The position numbers were made by a program, and so were the translations under genes. This document shows, piece after piece, positions 50,779 to 59,329 of a stretch of DNA of 64,000 nt. Position 1 is the stretch's first letter. The number at the start of each line of letters is the position of its first letter. The notes below the pieces were generated by a model. That model did no database searches. It was not told the origin of the DNA and was given only the letters and a program-made list of their open reading frames with translations. The stretch covers positions 32,001-96,000 of the IMG/VR virus record IMGVR_UViG_3300037348_000049; one strand, written 5' to 3'. This DNA is from a virus.

Positions 50779-51051
50779 TTATTTTTTGGGGTACTTGCGT
50801 TCTTTATCTGTACCATCAAAGATATAGCCGTCACCGTCACCGTCGCGTGGCAAGTCTTCTTCGAGCTTCTCGTATCGGAAAGGCCAAAAGGTAATCCACC
50901 AAGCAATAAGGGTAAACATGATTAAGTTACCAGTGATTGTCTTGGCATCGCCCTCAAGGACTAGCCAACCGATGATAAGTGCTACTAGTGTCCACGCTTG
51001 ATCGATAGTGTCCTTAAGTAGTTCTTTCAGGAAGTGAAAGATAGTTTTCAT
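50779..51051 (-). CDS. Two-TM membrane protein with EF-hand-like tail
   Basis: DQAWTLV...GW.VLEG motif, two TMs, DGDGDGYIFD. Confidence 0.7.
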   Translation of the reverse strand: MKTIFHFLKELLKDTIDQAWTLVALIIGWLVLEGDAKTITGNLIMFTLIAWWITFWPFRYEKLEEDLPRDGDGDGYIFDGTDKERKYPKK

Positions 51052-51098
51052 TTATAGATTACTTTCTGCTCGTTTGATTTTTAGAAGGCCGAAGTACA

Positions 51099-53126
51099 TT
51101 ATTTAGATCTCTTTACTGTTCTGGATCGGGACGAAGTTCCACTGGATGAGGCAAAGGCGGAAGAGGTGGCAGCGGCGGTTGCTGCAGTCTGTGCGACTGT
51201 GCTAACTATGACTGCTGCTACAACTACTTCCTCTGACTCTTCGCGAACTTCTGGGGACATGTCTGCTCCGAGGTTTCCTATGTCGTTAAAGACTTCAAGA
51301 ACTGCTGCTGTTGCTGCACCAACTAGAGGAATCGCTGCAAGCTCTTTTGGCATCTCGGGGTCGTCAGCCTCGGCAACTATCGACAGAGCTTCAAGGGCTG
51401 CTTCGTAAACTATAGATCCCTGTGGCGCAGTTTGGAAAGCCTGGAAAGCTGCTTCCTTAACTGAGGTCTGTTGCTCGTTAGTTAAAATCCGGGGATTCTT
51501 AATCTGTGCAATTTCTCTAACCGCTGCTTTAATGTTCTCTGCTGTAACTGGCTCTTTAATCTCTACAACAACTGGCTCCTTTTTAGGCTTTGGGGTTGCA
51601 ACTTTTGTCGCGGTGGGGGTAGGTTTGGCCGTAGGCGTATTAAAAATAGGGGGGACTGTATCCAGAGTGGCTATGGGTTTTGAAGTCGGGGCTGGGGTGG
51701 ACTGTGGAGTCTGCTTTGTTTTTGTTGGTGTGGGTGTGGAGGTCGGAGTGGGGGTCGGAGTGGGGGTCGGCTTAACAGGATTAGAGTCAAGGATAGGGTC
51801 ATTTTTCTTTACTGGCTCTTGAGTATTAGTTGGGGTCGGTGTCGGTGTCGGTGTCGGGGTTGGGGTTGGGATTGGATCTGCGGTCTGGGTTGGAGGTTGC
51901 AACTGTGTTGGAGGTTGAGTCGGTGTGGGTGTGAGTGTTGGGGTCAATGTCGGAGTCGGGGTCGGAGTTGGCTCTTGAGTTGGCTCTTGAGTTGGGGTGG
52001 GGGCTGGCCCGGCAACTATAAAGTCTGCAGTGACAGATTGTGGAGAGTAGACAGCGAACGAATCGTTATCTCCGCGAATTTTAAATGTATAGAGAATATC
52101 TAGCCCGCCCGTGGATTCAAACAAAGACCTTGACAGAGTGAAAGTCTCCACATCACCAATGGCGGCCACTGCCCAATTGTTGAAAAATACTGCGTAGCGC
52201 TCTACTGGTGTCCAACCCGTAGCCGATCTATCCCAACTAAGAGTTACGTCTCCGCTTGTAGTATCTTGTGTCACTGCTAGATTCTGCGGTTCGGCGATTG
52301 TCCGATTAGGTAGTTCGTATAATGCGTCAGCATTAGCCTGGGTAGTTGCGTTAAGCGATATATTGAAATCTGTGGACGCTTGGTTAAAAGTTATTACTGC
52401 TTGATCTCTAACTGTTTCTAAGTTTGTTGTAGTGTCTGGGTTGGACTCGTAATCATAACTAGTAGTTGCGTCAACAAGATTAGAACCCGCGGTGTTCTTT
52501 GCATCGTTAGCTAAGATGACATCAGCGTCTAATGAATCAACGAGTGCTTGAGCAACTAAGAAAGTTTGGTAGGCAGCATCTGAGTTAGTGAAGTCTCCGG
52601 TGGACGTGTCACTATCTAACGCTGCTTGATACTCGGAGTAGGCAGTATCTCTATCTAGCTCTGCCTGCAAGTAGTCTGAGTAGAATCCATCGTAAATAAC
52701 TACTGCATCATCAAAAGTTGTTTGAGCTGTATCCCGAGAACTTAATGCAGCACTTATAACGAACGGCTGAGCGTTAACCGCTAGCTCTGCAGTATCAGCT
52801 ACGCTACCTGTCGAGTCGTAAGTGCTAACTGCTAAAGACAGAGAAGAGACTGCAGAAGAAAAAGATGACACTGCGGCGGTTGCTGCGTCAAGTTCCGGTA
52901 AATCATCGGGAGTGTAAGTTTGATAGTAAGTAGCTACATCGTTCAGTGTTGACTGGTAAGTTGAGAGATCCTGCTGCTGGGCCGATAAGTTCTGCTGGGG
53001 TGTCGCACTTCCAGACGCGCTTAGTACTGGCCATAGTGCTGGAATGAAAGCAAAAGATATTGCTACATAGATGCGTGTCGATATGGCAAACTTACTACGA
53101 CCACTACTCCGGTTTTTTCTAATCAA
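51099..53126 (-). CDS. Large membrane-anchored Pro/Thr-rich protein with coiled coil and FN3-like domain
   Basis: N-terminal hydrophobic signal, A/D/T-rich heptads, EPQNLAV...TLSW...Y.FKIRG, PTPTP linker, hydrophobic C-terminal segments. Confidence 0.8.
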   Translation of the reverse strand: MIRKNRSSGRSKFAISTRIYVAISFAFIPALWPVLSASGSATPQQNLSAQQQDLSTYQSTLNDVATYYQTYTPDDLPELDAATAAVSSFSSAVSSLSLAVSTYDSTGSVADTAELAVNAQPFVISAALSSRDTAQTTFDDAVVIYDGFYSDYLQAELDRDTAYSEYQAALDSDTSTGDFTNSDAAYQTFLVAQALVDSLDADVILANDAKNTAGSNLVDATTSYDYESNPDTTTNLETVRDQAVITFNQASTDFNISLNATTQANADALYELPNRTIAEPQNLAVTQDTTSGDVTLSWDRSATGWTPVERYAVFFNNWAVAAIGDVETFTLSRSLFESTGGLDILYTFKIRGDNDSFAVYSPQSVTADFIVAGPAPTPTQEPTQEPTPTPTPTLTPTLTPTPTQPPTQLQPPTQTADPIPTPTPTPTPTPTPTNTQEPVKKNDPILDSNPVKPTPTPTPTPTSTPTPTKTKQTPQSTPAPTSKPIATLDTVPPIFNTPTAKPTPTATKVATPKPKKEPVVVEIKEPVTAENIKAAVREIAQIKNPRILTNEQQTSVKEAAFQAFQTAPQGSIVYEAALEALSIVAEADDPEMPKELAAIPLVGAATAAVLEVFNDIGNLGADMSPEVREESEEVVVAAVIVSTVAQTAATAAATSSAFASSSGTSSRSRTVKRSK

Positions 53127-53295
53127 TCTGAGGCCTTGTATGCTTGGCCCTCCCCAGGGAGCTAATTAATTTTATCAGATTTACGGGTTTTCGATTAGAG
53201 CTTGAGAAGTTGCAGAGTATTGATAGACTATTTGCATCGTTAAGATAAAAAATGCAAAATTGATTGAGATTACTTAGAGATGGTAGAGTGGCACA

Positions 53296-53616
53296 ATGAG
53301 CCTAAATGACTTTGAAAACGTAAACATACCCGAGGATAAACCTGACTCAGAGGTAATAACTATAGACACTTCTGACTATCTGGCAAAAAAAGAGCTGATG
53401 CTAACTTCCTTAGATTCTCTAGTTGACAGCTCCGCGCAAGTGGGTTTTGAAATCGGAGAATCAGCGGCCTACGCAACAATATTCACGTTGATTGATTCTT
53501 TTACTGAGAAATTAGAATCTAGCGAAACTGATGCAATCAAGACTCTTGCTATACTCAAGGAGATGATTATCCAAGATCGTAGTCAAAATCTAGAAGAAAC
53601 TGCTGAAGACGATTAA
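53296..53616 (+). CDS. Acidic hypothetical protein
   Basis: 106 aa; TAGAGT -10 six nt before the ATG. Confidence 0.7.
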   Translation: MSLNDFENVNIPEDKPDSEVITIDTSDYLAKKELMLTSLDSLVDSSAQVGFEIGESAAYATIFTLIDSFTEKLESSETDAIKTLAILKEMIIQDRSQNLEETAEDD

Positions 53617-53624
53617 CAAGATTT

Positions 53625-53700
53625 TCCGCCTCTAGTTCAAGGGCAGAGCAGCGTTGGAGTTATCTAGCGTGGGTTCCTGGTTCGAATCCAGGGGGGCGGA
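53625..53700 (+). tRNA. tRNA-like element with non-canonical anticodon arm (isotype unassignable, Asn-like GTTA core)
   Basis: Acceptor CCGCCTC/GGGGCGG, U8-A9, D arm GTTC..GAGC, T arm CCTGG-TTCGAAT-CCAGG; anticodon arm is 20 nt instead of 17; no CCA encoded. Confidence 0.75.
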
Positions 53701-53740
53701 CTTTAAGGTATAATTATGTGTACTGCTAATGAAAGGCTAA

Positions 53741-53986
53741 GTGTTGAGCTCTGATCTAAACGAGGGAACAGTGACTGAAGCAAACCTGTCAGGTATTATG
53801 CAGAGTAAGGTTGATGTGGAAAGGGCTCTAAGTTCTGCTTATGATGCTGCTGCGGCTATTGGTCTAGAAATTGGAATCCATCAAGAAAGGTCCAGAGTCC
53901 TTTCGGAACTTGAATTGCTATACTCAAATGTAGAAGACACTAGTCTTCGCGAAATGATTGCCCACATAAAAATCTTAGTAGGGTAG
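53741..53986 (+). CDS. Hypothetical helical protein
   Basis: GAAAGG SD, GTG start, 81 aa. Confidence 0.65.
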   Translation: MLSSDLNEGTVTEANLSGIMQSKVDVERALSSAYDAAAAIGLEIGIHQERSRVLSELELLYSNVEDTSLREMIAHIKILVG

Positions 53987-54003
53987 TACACTTAGGAGTA
54001 ATC

Positions 54004-54318
54004 ATGATTAAACTTGAAGAAGTAAACTATAACAACCAGGTTTCTTTGCTGACATATTTACATCAGAGGGAGATTCTGGACACTCCTACGCAAGGTTTCT
54101 ACGTTCCACTTTTCTCCCAGTATGGAAAAGAAATACAGCAGTGCCACCAAGTAACTTACCGACTATTGCCAAGGCCTGAGTACCACATGGGAACAGTTGA
54201 GACAGCTTATAAAGCTCTTTTGAGGTTGCACGACATGGTTTTTGATGTAGAGGCTAAGCATTATTGGGATTTAGAGCAGCTAGAGTCGGACTCCCTAGTC
54301 TACAAGGCAAATAGGTAA
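54004..54318 (+). CDS. Hypothetical protein
   Basis: AGGAG SD, 104 aa. Confidence 0.7.
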   Translation: MIKLEEVNYNNQVSLLTYLHQREILDTPTQGFYVPLFSQYGKEIQQCHQVTYRLLPRPEYHMGTVETAYKALLRLHDMVFDVEAKHYWDLEQLESDSLVYKANR

Positions 54319-54320
54319 GC

Positions 54321-54593
54321 ATGTCTACAATGCAATGCGAGCATGGGATTGCTCACTCTGGAGAGGTGCACGCTGGGTGTGATGGGTGCTGTGCAATATT
54401 TGAGGGTTGGATAATCTCTGAAAGACAACGCATGATGGGTCTAATTGAAGATATGGGTCTAATTCTTGCAAGACGAGACACCGGCGTAGAGGTGGGAGAA
54501 AAAATTTACGACGCTGTTTATGGTGCTCTCCAGCCCGAAGATGCGGAACAGGTCCAAACAGAATTTGATTCTGGGGAATTTGACGCTGAGTAA
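54321..54593 (+). CDS. Hypothetical protein with N-terminal C-x-H...C-x2-CC
   Basis: 90 aa ORF. Confidence 0.7.
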   Translation: MSTMQCEHGIAHSGEVHAGCDGCCAIFEGWIISERQRMMGLIEDMGLILARRDTGVEVGEKIYDAVYGALQPEDAEQVQTEFDSGEFDAE

Positions 54594-54643
54594 ATAATCT
54601 GTTACTATCTATCTCACCAACACAAAAGAGAAAGAATAGACAG

Positions 54644-54796
54644 ATGAGTGATTTTGAATATAGAGATAACCAGGTTTCCGAAATCTATGCGAAGCTAGAA
54701 GTAGCTAAAATGTTAATCAAGCTTGGCACAGAAATGGCTGAGCAGGCTACAACCGATATTCAATTTTATAGGATAACTAATGACTCAAATAAATAG
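54644..54796 (+). CDS. 50-aa hypothetical protein (not in ORF track)
   Basis: MSDFEYRDNQ...; AGAAAG SD-like; fills the gap between ORFs. Confidence 0.5.
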   Translation: MSDFEYRDNQVSEIYAKLEVAKMLIKLGTEMAEQATTDIQFYRITNDSNK

Positions 54797-55019
54797 GACT
54801 AAGGGCCCTCTGATATCAATCAGTGATGCTGCAAAGATGGGAGATGTCAGTCAAGAAACTATAAGAAAATACGTCAAGCAAGGCATACTGGAGACAGAAT
54901 TTGACGGAGGGATGATTTACTATCGTGAACTACTTAAGGCATCCTGGGAGACGAAACAACGCCACATGATTAGTAATGCTGGTGACAATAATTACAGGAG
55001 GCAACAAAATAATGTCTGA
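54780..55019 (+). CDS. MerR/excisionase-like HTH protein, copy 1
   Basis: LISISDAAKMGDVSQETIRKYVKQG.L. Confidence 0.75.
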   Translation: MTQINRTKGPLISISDAAKMGDVSQETIRKYVKQGILETEFDGGMIYYRELLKASWETKQRHMISNAGDNNYRRQQNNV

Positions 55020-55218
55020 GTGTGATCTACACGACTGGTACTTTGATGCAGATGATGATATAGGATGCCCCGTATGTTACGGGATCTCTATAGAGCGTAA
55101 ACGGATTATTGATCTAATGTATGTGAAAGCTGCTAATCGTAATATCTTTGAGGCCCTAGAGCATCCGTACTCTGCGAAAGAGCTAGAGGATATGATCAGG
55201 GAGGGACAAGATGACTGA
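55012..55218 (+). CDS. Hypothetical protein (C..H...CPVC)
   Basis: AGGAGG SD; start moved from 54976 to ATG 55012. Confidence 0.7.
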   Translation: MSECDLHDWYFDADDDIGCPVCYGISIERKRIIDLMYVKAANRNIFEALEHPYSAKELEDMIREGQDD

Positions 55219-55489
55219 GCCAAACGAATACCTAGGCTCACTTGATCCGGATGAGTTCCAGGCGGAGGAAGATTTCTTAAACAACCACTGGGCCAACGAC
55301 ATGCTTGACGCTCCGCACGCTTTGATTGCGGTCATAGAGACCAAGATAGCCAGAGCGGTAATTGCAGAGCGTAACGAAATATACAAAGAGATTGATAAGC
55401 ACTTTCGGCTATTTGACGGAGAATCAATTTCGCACAAAATCAGCGAAGCGGAGCTTATAACGTTGATAAATGAGGCACCACATGACTAA
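55211..55489 (+). CDS. Hypothetical acidic protein
   Basis: GGGAGG SD; 92 aa. Confidence 0.7.
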   Translation: MTEPNEYLGSLDPDEFQAEEDFLNNHWANDMLDAPHALIAVIETKIARAVIAERNEIYKEIDKHFRLFDGESISHKISEAELITLINEAPHD

Positions 55490-55634
55490 GCAAGCGTTCG
55501 GAAATCCCGAACAGTTCAAGTTGTACAAGATGTACAAGTCAGCAAAATGTCACACTAAACGCCGATTTGTCCTGCATACTTTGCACCTAAATACCACTTA
55601 TGTCCAAACTATAACGTTTTCGTTATCCTTTTGA
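55482..55634 (+). CDS. 50-aa hypothetical protein (not in ORF track)
   Basis: GAGG SD; MTKQAFGNPEQF...; overlaps the upstream stop. Confidence 0.4.
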   Translation: MTKQAFGNPEQFKLYKMYKSAKCHTKRRFVLHTLHLNTTYVQTITFSLSF

Positions 55635-55637
55635 CAG

Positions 55638-55671
55638 TCCACTAAAGTGGAGAAACTTCCACTAAAGTGGA
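55638..55671. promoter_or_regulatory. Tandem pair of identical palindromes TCCACT-AA-AGTGGA (candidate operator)
   Basis: Exact 14-mers at 55638-55651 and 55658-55671, 20-bp period. Confidence 0.65.
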
Positions 55672-55699
55672 CGAACCTGGTATTAGAGAGGAGATGGTA

Positions 55700-55966
55700 A
55701 TGACTGATCAAGAGCAGAAAGATAAATCTGCATGGCACATCATCGAGCACCTACACCCCGACACTCAGGTTGCGGTTCGGTATGCGATCGAACGAGCCAA
55801 AATTGAAGAGGGTTTTCAAGTAGCTCACATGTTGCAGCAAGACTACGAGCTGGGCATCCAAGAAGAGCGTAAACGCATACTTGACATATTGATAGCAAAC
55901 TGCAATACTTATCACACAGCGTTAATGGGTTGTGAGTGCTCAGTGCAGATTGAACTTATAGGCTAA
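55700..55966 (+). CDS. Hypothetical protein
   Basis: AGGAG SD; start moved from 55667 to ATG 55700. Confidence 0.65.
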   Translation: MTDQEQKDKSAWHIIEHLHPDTQVAVRYAIERAKIEEGFQVAHMLQQDYELGIQEERKRILDILIANCNTYHTALMGCECSVQIELIG

Positions 55967-56001
55967 AACGCAAATAATCATTTTTAACTATAAGGAGAGA
56001 A

Positions 56002-56571
56002 ATGAGCTTCCTATATATAGGACTAGATGGAGAGATGTCCTCCAGTGAGCTGGCTGAAGGCGGTAAGCTGATTCAGATTGGCCTGTTCACTCAGGACGGG
56101 TACCAACTCTCTATGAAGATAAATCCAGGTGAGTGCCAGTGGTCAGAGCGCGCCTTTGAGGTTCACGGCATAACACTAGAGTCTCTACAAAGTGCGCCTT
56201 TGCCAGATGAGGTTGACAGTCAAGTTTACGATTGGTTGATTGCAGTAGGAGTTGATACTAACAGCAGGGGTAAAACTATCCCTGTCGGGTTTAACGTTGG
56301 CGCATTTGACATGCCCTTTGTGAAGGACTCGCTGCCCAAAAGCTATTCCCTATTCTCTAGGAGGACAGTAGATCTAAACGCGCTATGTTTCGCGCTGGAT
56401 TACAAAGAAGAAAACGGAATGCCCGTAAAAGCCGCGACTTGGAAGAAACGCGCGAAGGCTTATGCCATTGAAAAGATTGGTACAGAAAATCAGCACGATG
56501 CTGGTTGGGATGCAGAGATGCACTATTATTGCTGGGAATTTTTGAAAGGAATCATAAATAATGAACGATGA
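56002..56571 (+). CDS. DEDDh (DnaQ-like) 3'-5' exonuclease
   Basis: IGLDGEM (D-x-E), GFNVGAFD, HDAGWDA (H-x4-D). Confidence 0.85.
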   Translation: MSFLYIGLDGEMSSSELAEGGKLIQIGLFTQDGYQLSMKINPGECQWSERAFEVHGITLESLQSAPLPDEVDSQVYDWLIAVGVDTNSRGKTIPVGFNVGAFDMPFVKDSLPKSYSLFSRRTVDLNALCFALDYKEENGMPVKAATWKKRAKAYAIEKIGTENQHDAGWDAEMHYYCWEFLKGIINNER

Positions 56572-56911
56572 AACAGAGACAATTGTACTTTCACTTAATC
56601 TATTGGTAGTCTCAGTGGTTACAATATTTGCACAACTAAGCGAGAAGAAAAGGCTTAAAAAAATTAATACTTGGGCTAATGATCGGATGGCAGAGATGGA
56701 GGGTCCTATGAAAATACTGGCAGCCCACGCTAAGCTAACTAAGGTCTACAAGGCACATCAGAGCGGTAGGTTAACTGAGATGATGCTTGCACTCGATATT
56801 GATGTTAACGATCCTCTCTTTAATGGGATGAGTCTCAGTGAGTTCGACGGTATAGTTGCAGTCCGTGTTGCGGATCTTAAGCGTGTAATAACGAATGAAA
56901 GTAATCAATGA
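56561..56911 (+). CDS. Membrane-anchored hypothetical protein
   Basis: N-terminal TM; 116 aa. Confidence 0.65.
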   Translation: MNDETETIVLSLNLLVVSVVTIFAQLSEKKRLKKINTWANDRMAEMEGPMKILAAHAKLTKVYKAHQSGRLTEMMLALDIDVNDPLFNGMSLSEFDGIVAVRVADLKRVITNESNQ

Positions 56912-57132
56912 TAAATAAAACTAGCGGGCCACTACTAAGCCTGGAAGACGCCTGCAAGATGGCAAACATAACTAAAACAAGTTTATATAGTTATGTGTCT
57001 TTGGGCTATCTGAAACTTGAGTTTGACGGGGGGATGGTCTACTATCGAGATCTCTTACGTGCCTCTTGGATAGCAAAACAAAATCAGATTGCAAATGGTA
57101 AAAGAAGTGCCTATGGTAGGCGAGATAAATAA
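56908..57132 (+). CDS. MerR/excisionase-like HTH protein, copy 2
   Basis: Paralog of 54780-55019 (GPL.S..DA.KM...G.L..EFDGGM.YYR.LL.ASW). Confidence 0.75.
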   Translation: MINKTSGPLLSLEDACKMANITKTSLYSYVSLGYLKLEFDGGMVYYRDLLRASWIAKQNQIANGKRSAYGRRDK

Positions 57133-57374
57133 TGCCACTACACGTTCAGATTAGACTAAACAGACAGCTGCTCAGCGAGATACATATAGCCAGAGCTGAG
57201 GGTGGAACAGATCCGGATGATATAAATACCTACATCGCTACTACTGGTGAAGAGCCTTTGTGGCTAGAGGGCTACGAAGAGCATGGTGTAAAATTTAAAC
57301 ATCGCTATGGTGATGGTGCAGAGGTTTGCGTTAGGAAAGCACTTGAAGCACTTGAACCATCTATAAAAACATAA
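57132..57374 (+). CDS. Hypothetical protein
   Basis: 80 aa; F.HRYGDGA.V..RKAL motif. Confidence 0.7.
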   Translation: MPLHVQIRLNRQLLSEIHIARAEGGTDPDDINTYIATTGEEPLWLEGYEEHGVKFKHRYGDGAEVCVRKALEALEPSIKT

Positions 57375-57411
57375 AAGCTAGCATCCGTAAAAACATGGAA
57401 ATGAGGTCAAA

Positions 57412-57564
57412 ATGATTAAGTTTAGAAGCTACAGAGATTCTAGCTCTCTAGGTACCCACTATGTATTCGGCATCAACTTGTACGACATGAAAACCCAGCC
57501 AACGCTAGACATTATTATTGGCAAGAGGGTGTTCGTATTCTTCTGTGACAGAAAGACCAAATGA
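57412..57564 (+). CDS. 50-aa hypothetical protein (not in ORF track)
   Basis: GAGG SD; ATGA overlap with the next ORF. Confidence 0.55.
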   Translation: MIKFRSYRDSSSLGTHYVFGINLYDMKTQPTLDIIIGKRVFVFFCDRKTK

Positions 57565-57824
57565 TAGTCACAACTGAGTCAGGTACGGTGTATAACTTAA
57601 CTGGTGCATTCTGCGTGCGTAATGGGCAATTTGAATTTAGGATTTGGTGGATCTATTGTTTTGACTCTGAGGAAGACATGCCTATGTCCGAAGTACCTCG
57701 ACCGTATGAGAGTGAAGATTCTGGAAGAAGGCTCCCGATTCAGGTTGGTAAGCGCATGTACCTAGGCGGCAAAGACGGCTGGAGGATCTCGACTAAGATA
57801 GTATCAATAGAGGAGACACAATAA
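57561..57824 (+). CDS. Hypothetical beta-rich protein
   Basis: MIVTTESGTVY...ST.IVSIEE; 87 aa. Confidence 0.7.
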   Translation: MIVTTESGTVYNLTGAFCVRNGQFEFRIWWIYCFDSEEDMPMSEVPRPYESEDSGRRLPIQVGKRMYLGGKDGWRISTKIVSIEETQ

Positions 57825-57928
57825 TGGGAGACTTTATGAGAGAACTATTTGGAAGTAGTTGGGCATACTTGCTAGCTATTGCTGGATTACTGATCTGGTG
57901 GGCCGGTCAGAGATTTTGGCGCAAGTAG
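57824..57928 (+). CDS. 34-aa single-TM peptide (not in ORF track)
   Basis: AGGAG SD; WAYLLAIAGLLIWWAG then RFWRK. Confidence 0.5.
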   Translation: MGDFMRELFGSSWAYLLAIAGLLIWWAGQRFWRK

Positions 57929-57961
57929 TGAACAGCGGGGACGGATTCGCGGAAGTGTACC

Positions 57962-58189
57962 TTGACTAATAGTAGTTTTAAGTACCATCTTGAAGAGGCT
58001 AACTCTAATCTCGATAAAGCAGAGCGTTGCGATCAGAAGTCTAAGAAATATCAAGACAAAGTCGCGAGAAGAAAAAATTGGGCTACAAAACATCACGCGA
58101 GGTTCTGGGCCGCACACTGGGCTAGTGAAACAAGTAATCATCTGTCGTGGGCCAAGTACCACACTGAACAAACTAGATACGCTGTGTGA
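57962..58189 (+). CDS. Hypothetical basic helical protein
   Basis: 75 aa, TTG start. Confidence 0.55.
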   Translation: MTNSSFKYHLEEANSNLDKAERCDQKSKKYQDKVARRKNWATKHHARFWAAHWASETSNHLSWAKYHTEQTRYAV

Positions 58190-58229
58190 TGTACTTCCTC
58201 GTAAAAACTACCTAAGAGAAAGGCTGCTT

Positions 58230-58415
58230 GTGCAGGTTAAATCACTAACTAAAGAAGACGTATTGCTTCTACTGGAGTCGTATGCCTTAGCTCGGCCGGA
58301 GCACTCAGAGGCTGTGCTTAGTGCTTCTAAGTACATGAGACTTAAGTTTATACAACATGCTGACAACATGAAGTGGGAGGTAATCCTTGAAAAGGAACGA
58401 CGATCTGAGTCTTAA
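58230..58415 (+). CDS. Hypothetical protein
   Basis: AGAAAGG SD before GTG 58230; the longer 57990 call overlaps another gene. Confidence 0.5.
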   Translation: MQVKSLTKEDVLLLLESYALARPEHSEAVLSASKYMRLKFIQHADNMKWEVILEKERRSES

Positions 58416-58878
58416 GCGCTTTGAGTACTTAGAAGGAAACATTAGGGTTGTTGATTGGGTTTGGCTCAGAGAGAATGAAGTGGCGAACTACATGTCCGGC
58501 AGGGATACAATTGGTGCGCTACTAGTTAGAAACGCTTCTGCTGATGAGGCAGAATTATATGACGAAGCCTACAACGACGGCTACGATGTGGCCATGATTT
58601 ATGAAAGTATTAATAATTCAAATGGAGTTACTTACAGAATAGAAGTTTCAGAAGATAAGATAGCAACTAAGGCGGGTGACTTTGATAGTCACAAGATGTT
58701 TGAGTGCGCAACCTGTGGGGTTAACAAAGACTTTGAATCAGACGTTGCTGTAATTGAAAGCGGTCCTTGGTTCCTAGCTACTCTAAAAGAAGATGTGCTG
58801 TGGTTTAACTGCTACAACTGTGGATCTATGGGCGCTGAGATAGCGGGGATAGAAGTTGATGGAACGCCAGATGAGTGA
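58387..58878 (+). CDS. Hypothetical protein with C-terminal zinc ribbon
   Basis: CATC...CYNC; 163 aa. Confidence 0.75.
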   Translation: MKRNDDLSLKRFEYLEGNIRVVDWVWLRENEVANYMSGRDTIGALLVRNASADEAELYDEAYNDGYDVAMIYESINNSNGVTYRIEVSEDKIATKAGDFDSHKMFECATCGVNKDFESDVAVIESGPWFLATLKEDVLWFNCYNCGSMGAEIAGIEVDGTPDE

Positions 58879-59329
58879 GCTTGGGCTGGACTGGGGCAAA
58901 TCCTCTGCACCACCTCCTAAGCAAAGCAAGGCTGCAAAGCTTAAAGCTGTGGTAAACGTATCTATTTTCACTATGGATAAGCACAAATGTGAAGCTGCGC
59001 ACAAGACAACGAAGACTTTTATCGAATGCGCTCTACGTGTATATAGAGAGAACATAAGCAAGAAGCTAGCACTACCAACAATAAGTGTTAAGGGATCTGG
59101 CTCCTGGGCAACTATTCACGCCAGCGAAAGTGATAGCTACTACACACACGCAAACAATAAAGAACTAAATCACCAGCACGAACTTCTAGAAGTGATCTTA
59201 TTTGAGACTCTGGAGGAAGCAGCCGAGTGGCAAAAGTTTCAAATAAGGTTCTGTAAGAGTTCTACTGGTTGCAGTAATGATTGCAATGGCAAGGGAATGC
59301 ACGGATACGTGACTAAGATAGTACTATGA
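58871..59329 (+). CDS. Hypothetical protein
   Basis: Start moved from 58856 to ATG 58871; Cys/His-containing. Confidence 0.65.
   Translation: MSELGLDWGKSSAPPPKQSKAAKLKAVVNVSIFTMDKHKCEAAHKTTKTFIECALRVYRENISKKLALPTISVKGSGSWATIHASESDSYYTHANNKELNHQHELLEVILFETLEEAAEWQKFQIRFCKSSTGCSNDCNGKGMHGYVTKIVL

Noticed and set aside
53651-53670. Ochre-suppressor (TTA) or Pro (TGG) anticodon assignment, implying a recoded genome
   Set aside because: Neither fits a 7-nt loop with U33 and a purine at 37; long genes end at TAA, TAG and TGA normally and coding density is high under code 11
57990-58229. N-terminal part of the 141-aa ORF call 57990-58415
   Set aside because: Overlaps 57962-58189 almost entirely; a good SD supports GTG 58230 instead
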